DNA of 64,000 bases from Octopus sinensis (taxonomy: Eukaryota): NCBI RefSeq assembly GCF_006345805.1, contig NC_042999.1, positions 48,112,001-48,176,000 of the forward strand. Reading direction: 5' to 3'. Both the position numbers and the translations under genes were made by a program. The notes below the pieces were generated by a model. It worked only from the letters and a program-made list of their open reading frames with translations. It did not search any database and was not told the DNA's origin. This document shows, piece by piece, positions 55,043 through 64,000 of the stretch. The number at the start of each line of letters is the position of its first letter. Position 1 is the first letter of the stretch.

Positions 55043-55894
55043 CAGGGTGCCTTGAATAAACTGACGTCTACATTATGCAAAACTGAAAATAACAGGTACA
55101 TTTACCAAAATTGCACAAAAATATCTTGCAATAGTAATGAGTAAATTTGTTCGATAAAATCGCCACGGCCTCCACACGACTTCGGAATCAACTGCAAGCA
55201 TTCAGGATGGTCTCCATGTTTACGTTCGTGAATGATGCCATAATCCTTGCCTTCAGTTGGTCTCTCTCGCAACTGCGCCCCAGATATAATAATCAAGGGA
55301 TCGCAGTATGGTGAGTTAGATGGCGAGATGTTTGGGGTGATGAAGTGGCAGAAATTATTCGGACAGCCATGACTGCGTTCTCCGGCTTATGTGGCATGGT
55401 ACGGAGTCCTATTGCCAGATATTGGGTCTTCTAGCGGTCATCCTATTGCCCAGGATAGCACCACCTCCTCCAGGCACTTGATGTAGGTCTCCGTTTTGAG
55501 CCTGAGGCCGTGTGGATAAATGAATGGAGGCCTAGGGTTAGGTTAAGGGTTAAGGTTACTAACCCTAACCCTAACCCTAACCCTAACCGTTAACGTATTC
55601 ATGTTGATCACTCCAAACATCATGAAGGTGACTAGATGTTTGATTTTTATCACTCTCGGTATTTAACCTCAGATTGCACTGCCCTAAAATTGATACCGAA
55701 ATCCTCTGAAATGTTCGTATTCGAGCTTCTGGCACGATTGTCAAGCAATACAGCATGACGTTTCCAAATTTCTGGCAGAGTGAATTGTATCCAACTGGCC
55801 CTATTATACTGTGTAGCCGGCCAAGTCAAAAGTAAACAATGCGCACGCGTGTAATAAAAAAAATAAATGTCAACAATTTACCCATCGCACCCTG
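55043..55894 (-). mobile_element. Tc1/mariner (maT/DD37D-like) element, internally deleted
   Basis: TA/CAGGGTGC...GCACCCTG/TA termini; decayed MMFGVI, PPFIYPHGLRLKTETYIKCLEEVVL, RRTQSWLS, LDYYIWGAV. Confidence 0.85.
55533..55590. repeat. Head-to-head interstitial telomeric repeats
   Basis: TAGGGTTAGGTTAAGGGTTAAGGTTA followed by (CTAACC)5. Confidence 0.9.
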
Positions 55895-56042
55895 TATATA
55901 TATATATATGTATATATGTGTGTGTGTATATACATACACACATACGCGCGCGCATATATATATGTGTGTGTATGTGTGCGTGTTTGTGTAATAAACGTGT
56001 GTAATAAAAAAAAATAAATGTCAACAATTTACCCATCGCACC

Positions 56043-56096
<54 letters not shown>

Positions 56097-56127
56097 GTGT
56101 GTGTGTATATGCATACACACATACGCG

Positions 56128-56140
<13 letters not shown>
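55849..56140 (+). repeat. Tandem duplication of mariner end plus flank
   Basis: 55849-55963 is repeated at 55999-56140, including the TIR and the TA/TG/CGCGCG flank. Confidence 0.9.
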
Positions 56141-56203
<63 letters not shown>

Positions 56204-56379
56204 GTGTGTGTGTGTGTATGAGTTAGAGTTTAAGCAACCATCTAACTGATAGGAAATGTCCAATATACTACTGGGTGTATACGTGATTATTTATATCTAA
56301 GTGCTTATTATTGTAGGGCACTATCGTAGTTGATTACTAGGAATGAGTGGGAGTAAAACAGAAATCCACCCAGAACTTA

Positions 56380-56713
56380 TAAGGCAAATAAGAAAATGGA
56401 GAGGATAATCAATCGACAAGCATCAGCCTGTAGACATTCATTTATATCTATTTAATAACTGATTGTAATCATATGTATAAGTAATCAATATAAGCAAACG
56501 AAATAAGCAAATAAACAAATAAATTAAATTGATAAATAAAACTAAAAATAATTTTGTTCTTTATCTATTATTTAACTGTTTATTTGCTTATTTCGTTTGC
56601 TTATTTTGATTACTTATCCATATGATTGTAATCAATTAATAAATAGATATAAATAAATGTCTACACGCTGATGTTTGTCGATTGATTATTCTCTCCATTC
56701 TCTTATTTGCCTC

Positions 56714-56714
<1 letters not shown>
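56380..56714. mobile_element. Fold-back / MITE with about 150-bp imperfect TIRs and TA flanks
   Basis: TA/TAAGGCAAATAAG...CTTATTTGCCTCA/TA; arms roughly 85-90% complementary by eye. Confidence 0.75.
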
Positions 56715-56751
<37 letters not shown>

Positions 56752-57001
56752 AAATATATATATGTGTGTATGTGTGTGTGTGAGTGTGTGTGTGTGTGGG
56801 TGTGTGTATGTAGGTGTATTATATAAAAATTCAAAATGGAACAGGAACCCGAAAAGCTCCAGACAGTTAGGCGATACAGAAAGGGGACAACAAATCAACT
56901 AGATAGACAATAAAAAGAAAAGAAAGAAGATTCATTCGAAGATTTCTTTCCTCAGTACGTACATATTGGCCCCATATATATATATATATATAATATATAT
57001 A

Positions 57002-57081
<80 letters not shown>

Positions 57082-57167
57082 GTGTGTGTGTGTGTGTGTG
57101 TTGTGTGTGTGTGTGTGTGTGTGTGTATTTATATGTGTATGTATGTATATATATATATATATATATA

Positions 57168-57337
57168 GCTCAAATTTACTGAAAATTACAAAGACAGACG
57201 GAGGAACAACAAGAAGGTGAATTGGGTTAAGTCTCAGGAAGAATAGAAAAATCTGTGACATTCGGGCGTACGCTTTTCGACAGAAATGATTGAAAACAAC
57301 GTGAGGATTAACAGTGAAAACAAAATGAAATGGTTAG

Positions 57338-57342
<5 letters not shown>
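57168..57342 (-). mobile_element. Probable PLE terminal fragment, degenerate hammerhead
   Basis: Island between TA tracts; CTGTCGA-A-AAGC-GTAC-GCCC-GAA-T-GT-C at 57251-57288; context similar to 6781-6840. Confidence 0.45.
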
Positions 57343-57407
<65 letters not shown>

Positions 57408-57409
<2 letters not shown>

Positions 57410-57910
57410 TTCAAGAGATTGGAGTCAGGAAGGAGCACGGGTGGACATTACTTTTTATATTCGTTACAACATACCACTGTTGTCTCCGGTTGTCTAAAAC
57501 CTTCTACTTCAAAGACACTTTCACTGTTTGTCGTGGTTTGAATTTTTTAGCGCTTTACAAACACATTTTCAGTGCCGGGAGAGCTTGTTTTTCGGGCTGC
57601 TATATATAACATATATAGCAGCCTTTAAAACGCGTTCTCACGGCACACACGACGTTTAAACGAGCCGCTAATAAATTCAATCCACAACAAGCAAAGAAGA
57701 TGGCCTCGAAGTAGAAGATTCTAAAGTTAAGGAGAGAACACACATATATCGCGTAAGGAAATACAACTAGAATTCATTGTGCAAACAGACAGTTGCATAA
57801 TCAGGTATTTGTACTCTTGGAGAACTGCGTTACATTGACAGAATTGTAGAATTGTAGCGAATGATAAATAAATGATCAATCGTACTCCTTCCTGACTCAA
57901 GTTTCTTCAG
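57408..57910. mobile_element. Old fold-back element (long imperfect inverted repeat)
   Basis: Centre GCTGCTATATAT-AAC-ATATATAGCAGC; paired blocks include TGAATTTTTTAGCG/CGCTAATAAATTCA, CTTCTACTTC/GAAGTAGAAG and GAGTCAGGAAGGAG/CTCCTTCCTGACTC. Confidence 0.7.
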
Positions 57911-58113
57911 TTTTATATTCACACACGACGAATGTCCAAATAAAAATTTTAAGTGCTACGGAAGGACTGCGTTTAGATTCCGCTCGAATAATAGCATGAG
58001 TTGGGAGTCTGGGGCGGGTCGTGTGTGATCGTGGCAGTTCTATATTTAAGAGATGAGGAATTTTGTACATTATTTACATTTGACGGATATGTGTCCGCAT
58101 TCTGTTTGTGGTT

Positions 58114-58159
58114 AACACAACGTTTTGGCTGACATACCATCAAGCCTTCATCAGGTGTC
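58114..58159 (-). ncRNA. Minimal type I hammerhead (G12A copy)
   Basis: GACAC-CTGATGA-A-GGCT-t-GA-TGGTATG-TC-AGCC-AAAAC-GT-T-GTGTT: stem I 5 bp, stem II 4+2 bp, palindromic AACGTT. Confidence 0.75.
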
Positions 58160-58240
58160 TTGGGTTCATTTCAAAGGTATATTCTTCGATTTTGTTGTTG
58201 TTGTTATTATTATTATTATTATTATTATTCAGGTTACTAT

Positions 58241-58303
58241 CTGGAACCGAACTCGGAATATTGGGATTATTAGCCCGCGCTCTTAACCACTACGCCATAT
58301 GCC
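58241..58303 (-). promoter_or_regulatory. tRNA-like Pol III internal promoter (A and B boxes)
   Basis: GGCATATGGCGTAGTGGTTAAGAGCGCGGG-CTAATAA-TCCCA...GAGTTCGGTTCC: A box TGGCGTAGTGG, anticodon-arm-like segment, B box; no 3' acceptor strand, so not a tRNA gene. Confidence 0.7.
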
Positions 58304-58342
58304 CGTGGGCAATTATGGAGTGAATTTTAGGCCTTATAAATC

Positions 58343-58690
58343 TTATATTTTCCCATCCTTCCTTAATACCGGTTCCCATATGCTACTCATATATGCACTC
58401 GGTCTGCTTTGGAGATTGTTGTGCCCTAGCTTATGTGCTACTTATTTTAGTTTTCGTATTTTCCAGTGGTAATCTCTGTCTATTATTTTAATTTCATCCC
58501 ACAGGGGAAGGTGGTCTCCATTTTTCCATATATGATTAAGTATACGCGATTTATCAATATCTCCTCGTGTCACAGCTTTGTGATGCTCGACTACCCTTAT
58601 TTTGAGGGGACGATATGTTTCGCCTTTGTATAAATAACAACAGCTGCATGGGATTGAGTTCACGCAGTCCTAGGTCATATTCTCTTCTAT
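58343..58690 (-). pseudogene. PLE GIY-YIG endonuclease C-terminal remnant
   Basis: CVNSIPCSC..YKGETYRPLKIRVVEHHKAVTRGD...HIW..GDHLPLWDEIKIIDRDYHWKIRKLK*VAHKLG...SRPS..MSSIWEPVL; internal stop at 58442-58444, terminal stop at 58343-58345. Confidence 0.88.
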
Positions 58691-58865
58691 TGTTGTATTT
58701 ACTACGAAAGGATACAAAAGATATGCGACCCATATGACATCAGGACAGTATTCAAGTGTAATACAACACTTCGCAAACATTTCCTACTTTGACCACTATC
58801 TAACACTCCTTTTTTTCTTTTTAATATTCTCTTTCCTCTTTCCACCTACCAATCGATTTGACCAA

Positions 58866-59082
58866 TACCTATTTCTTTACTACCCACAAGGGGCTAAACA
58901 CAGAGAGAACAAACAAGGGCAGACAAACGGATTAAGTCAATTATATCGACCCCAGTGCGTAACTGGTACTTAATTAATCGACCCAGAAAGGATGAAAAGC
59001 ACAGTCGGCCTCGGCGGAATTTGAACTCAGAACGTAGCGGCAGACAAAATACCGCTAAGCGTTTCGCCCGGTGTGCTAACGT
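58866..59082 (-). mobile_element. SINE family B
   Basis: Reverse complement matches 50871-51094. Confidence 0.85.
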
Positions 59083-60100
59083 CCTAACATACTTATCTAT
59101 TCCCTTAGTATTACTTATCTATTCTCTTCTCTCTATCTACTTCCCCCTACCAGTATATTTTCAGAATTTCATTTAGACTACACGATCCCTTTGAAATAAC
59201 ATATGTCCTTGTGTCACTTTGCGTATCAGTCTGTGCGTATGTCTATCTGTATCTTTCTCTCTCCTCTCTCTCTCTCTTCTCTCTCTCTTCTCTCTCTCTT
59301 TCATGGGTGTGTGTGTGTGTGCGCGTGTGTATGTGTGTGTGGACAAGAAACCTCTTTACCCATTCAACACAGCACATTCCTTGAATAATTGGACAACAAC
59401 TCTAACATCGAACATATATTTTTATCCCTTTCCAAACTAACTGTTTATATAATGAACTCTATTTCCTTTTACTGAAACTCTCTCAGATCGTCTCTCATAA
59501 TGGGATATCTTTTATAGTTGTAAGGCTACCTTTCTCTTTATAAATGTCGTAGAAATATCACACTGTGCTGGCTTTGTTATCTCGTTGTATTTAACTCACA
59601 CAAACACAACGCACACGCACACACACATACATACAGAGGAACAGGGTGAGAGAGGAGACAGAGAGAGGCAGACAAGCATCAGACACAAGCACAGATAGAC
59701 GTAAAGTTACGTGTGTTGTGTTCCCCACACTCCCATCTATCAAAATCACTCACATTTTTTAACTCTGGGTCCGAAAACTGCTACAATGCTGGTGCACCTC
59801 GTTGAAAAATTTCAGTAAAATCTCACACAGTAGGATTTGAAGTAGAATAATGTTTTGAAATCTATCTTCTTAACGACATCCCTATGTTTGCGCGTTTGTG
59901 GCTTTATAAATATCGCATAATGCTAAAGTATAGGATCCAACAATTGTAATCGAACAATTTAATACAATCCATTGTAAATATTTTCTTAAAAGAAATTGAG
60001 TGTCCTTTAAATGAATATATGATGTCTTTAGTTTATATACATATATGCATGTATATGTATAATTATGTCTGTATATATGTATGTATATATATATATATAT

Positions 60101-60395
60101 ATCACGTGATCACGTGACCGACCAGACCATCAGATGTTGCTACACATCGCTGGTCACAATGCGTTCGCATTGTTTTAGCCTCCGAACGACGGCACCCCGC
60201 TGGCTAAGGGAGCAGGCCAACAGAAGAAAGAGAGAAAGAGTGCTGAAAGAGTACAGCAGAGATCACCACCCCCTGCCGGTGCCTCGTGGAGCCTTTAGGT
60301 CTTTTCGCTCAATAAACACACACAACGCCCAGTCTGGAAATCGAAACCGCGATCCTACGACCGCGAGTCCGCTGCCCTAACCACTGGCGCCTCCA
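60101..60395 (-). mobile_element. tRNA(Arg)-derived SINE family C, near full length
   Basis: tRNA-like head with A/B boxes; tail ...CTGGTCGGTCACGTGATCACGTGA running into (TA)n. Confidence 0.9.
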
Positions 60396-63300
60396 TATAT
60401 ATATATATGTATACACATGCGGAAACATATGTGTGTATGTGTTTCTAACTGCGTATATGATTGTCGTATGTTTGTGACTATCTCTAAACGCTCATTATAA
60501 AATACCACACAAGTGTAATTACTTGCCTCGAATTATCATTAGATTCTTTGAAAATATATTATAATTAGGATATATATTAGATGAATAGTAATGTAAATTA
60601 AAATATAGTCGACTTGATTTTAACACTGTGGCTAATACATTTTTGGAAAATTAGTTTGAAACAATAGGAGGACACTGAGCATGTGTTTTAATATAAAACA
60701 ATGTAAGTTCCAGATTCATAGTTTTAATGTTATTCATAGAAACTCTGCCTAGAATAATCGATTCTTCTGTGCTAGAACACATAACTTAATTTATGTAGCA
60801 TGTGCTCCTTCCTTGCCTCAATTTAATTAAATTGTAATTTATGTGTTGTGGAAATGCAACCGAAAAAAATAACAATGCACTGGATTTCCAGTCGGGAGTT
60901 TTATTGACATGATTCTATCAATTAATGTAACACATGTTTGGAAGAACTTGACATAATGAAGAAAATCATATAATTTCCGATTACGGTCAAAATCAGTCAT
61001 CAGAAGAAATTAACCGAATGTTAGTGTTTGGTTCACTACACTCAGCAGGATGTTTTCTTAATTTTAAAGATATATTTGAAAAGAATCTTTTTCAAATTGT
61101 TGCTTGTTAACAGGAAATGAACAAATAGAAAAGGATTTTGTCAGTTACAAATATGTGTAAACATTCGATGGAATGTATCATATCGGTAACAATTTAAATG
61201 AATATTTTAATATTATGGTGGCATATATATAATTGGCTGTATGGCAAAACAGAATAGATCACGCATTAATGAGTATAAATACATTCATATGAACCAATTA
61301 AATTCACTCAAATCTTCTTCAATTCTATTATCTTTCATACACAATATCAGACACATTTGTAAAGAATTTATTATCTTAATATTTCTGGTCTCTATCAGGA
61401 GATATAGAGTAAGTATTCATAGCTATAAATATTATGTTTTTGAAATCTAGACTCTCTTATGCGTTTTCTGTTTCTTCTAGAATGTCACTTCTTCAACATC
61501 CTCAGAAGATTTTGTATTATACAGAGATAATGCAATCCTCATAGTCTTATATAAGCAATTACAAACTTAACATTTTTGTCTTTTATGTAGCTCATAAGGT
61601 AAAATGTTTGTAAATTAAACCTTTTACAAATAGAATCACTAACCTGACATTTGAAATAAGTTAAGAACAATGACATTATATTCTAAAACTCTGAATAAAA
61701 AGAGCACATACCATTTTATGATTTTAGTACAAAATGCATAAATATAATAGCAATTATATGCAAACTTAAAAATGATATAATAGAATACCAATTCTACGCA
61801 AACTTAAAAGTGTAGCACTTGCATTTATAAATATTCTTTTCCACATTCAACAGAAATTGCTCGATTGGTATACTGTGATTATCGCTATATTACTTTAATA
61901 CACATCGAAATATACGCTCCTTAGATGTTTATGAGATTAACACTGTAAGATTCCACGTAATTTTATAAGCATTAAATATAAAGGTCTCACAATAAAAAGA
62001 ACATTGGCAGGGACAAGTGAAACTAATTTTTAAAGATATTTCTTAATATTATTTTAATCGAAAAATAATCCCCGATATTGTCCTGTAAGATATGTTACGG
62101 AAAAAATATCGTTTTCAGATTTGTTCAAGGCAGTCTCTTCTAAGGATGACATTGTGTATTGAATTACAAGAAACATCATGCCACATAGAAAAGGTCATAT
62201 CTTTTTGACATTTTGTGAATGCTATTGATTATGTTTGCAATGATATTCACAAAATCGACCTTTTCGATCGCATCATAGATGTTTAAGAATATCATTCTTT
62301 CATTCATCAGAAACCTCACGTACATGCGTATGTGCGTGTATTCATATGTATATACACATACATATATTTATGTATAGTATTATATATAAATGTGCATAAA
62401 TTCAAAATATATACATATAAACACAAGGCTAGATATACACACGTATGTGCGTGCATAAATGTTTATCTGAGAGTGTATGTGCATCTTATTGTTTATTAAG
62501 CAATTCTTTAATCAGAAGTGTCTTTCGTTAACGAACAATGTCATATTCTATACATGATTTTTATTACAAATTAATATTCATCTTATTTTCTTCATAATTA
62601 CAGAAATTTACTTTTAACACCAACAGATTAATAATTGAAAAGACATATATTTTATTCTTGCAATATCCTGAAAAAAGAAGCTGTAGAACAACATCCCACA
62701 TAATAATATCAAACGTAATTGAATTCTTCGGATGTAGTTTGGAAAATGTAGTTATTGTGTTATTTTACGACTACGCACCGTTAAAGCTATACACTGTAGT
62801 GATAAAACATAACTCATTTATGAATAAAATATTAAAACTCAAAAGTAACTGAAAATCGAATAAATGTTTCTCTGGCAGCTTCTATGATGTTTTCGTAATG
62901 CACATTTTATAAAAATTATCAAACGTGTTTCAGACTTGTTTATTGTATAAAATGCTGCGTTTCATATAGTTTCACTTTGTGGTAATAAGTAATTTAATTA
63001 CATTTCAGTGTACATAACGTGTGACGCAAGACATATAACACAATAGATCATGTGATGAATTACAACTACCTCTCTAAATTTCCAAACAAGTCACTAGGAA
63101 GATCCATATATTCAAAAGATATACCTCCAGGTATCGTCTCAAATACTCAATAATTACAAGTATATAAATGTATATATGTGTATATGCATATATATGTGTG
63201 TGAGTGTGCGTGTTTATGTGTGCCTGTATTTTCAGGATTTAAGATTTATAAATACATTGATCATACATACATATACATATGTGTGTGTACGTGTGTGAGT

Positions 63301-64000
63301 GTGTGTGCGTGAATGTATATATATATATATGTTTGTAAGGTGTAACTTGTCTTGAGTGTAATCAAAATTTTGAACTTTTTGAAAAATTAGTTAACTTTTC
63401 TAAGAACCGTAAAAGAAATGTCATGAACTTTAGAAAATAGAACACTGATTTCTTATATGTGTTTACTTAATACAGAAACCAAATGTCAGTGTTAAATATT
63501 TCTACAAATTTCAATAAGAATGTCTGAAATGAGCATCGATTTAATAATTATAACAACGACAAAGTAATTTATTCGATGGAATACTTTTATACATGACTGG
63601 ATACCTGATGATTCATAATCTTATTGTACGTCACAAGTTCTTTAATGATTTGGCTTCAGATAACAGATCAGAATAACAATTACCACACTTGGTATGGTTC
63701 ACTATTAAGATGTCAAAGGTAGGTCATGTGTTGCAAATCATGGCGTTCGCAGATAATTAATTCTGCATCTGTTTCATTTGTACTTAAAATAGAAAATACT
63801 CTGAGAATAGTAGGACCTCTGTTTTATAGAACAATGAATCGCATGTAATATAAAGTATTTGAAAACATCAGAGATATAAAGCAACATAACGAATGTTATG
63901 TCAAATTTTCATTTTCTTACCGTTACAATTGTATATTACTGGCTCGGAACAATAATATTGTTATCTCCGGTTTATAAACCTCGGCATTAATGTATACATT

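Larger units (their letters stand above)
58035..58695 (-). mobile_element. Second PLE family (Poseidon-like) 3' fragment: GIY-YIG, tRNA-like module, (AAT)n, hammerhead
   Basis: Four modules in order on one strand; see the sub-features. Confidence 0.85.

Noticed and set aside
56925-56960. Minus-strand CTGAGGA-AAGAAATCTT-CGAAT hammerhead-like string
   Set aside because: GAAT instead of GAAA and no stem I or III complementarity.
63660-63718. 59-nt plus-strand candidate exon ITDQNNNYHTWYGSLLRCQ
   Set aside because: Too short to assess; no homology recognised.

Overview
AT-rich, microsatellite-saturated eukaryotic DNA made up largely of transposable elements. The SINE families resemble coleoid cephalopod repeats, most likely Octopus (recalled resemblance, not a database result). 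No host gene could be identified with confidence; two weak candidate exons are listed. The dominant feature is a young Penelope-like retroelement (RT + Cys linker + GIY-YIG) present as a divergent inverted pair (about 650-2678 minus, 2679-5030 plus) whose frameshifts complement each other. There are also two further Penelope GIY-YIG remnants, three tRNA-derived SINE families, three RTE LINE 3' ends, two Helitron remnants, a Chapaev3-like remnant, a Tc1/mariner remnant carrying a head-to-head telomeric insert, and several fold-back elements. Nine minimal type I hammerhead-ribozyme-like motifs occur, from several sequence families. The two most novel candidates are a non-coding 558-nt-unit, hammerhead-delimited, retrozyme-like element with a Penelope-style 5' inversion (44017-45160), and a Penelope 3' end carrying a tRNA-like Pol III module directly upstream of its hammerhead (58035-58695). 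All alignments, folds and counts were done by eye.
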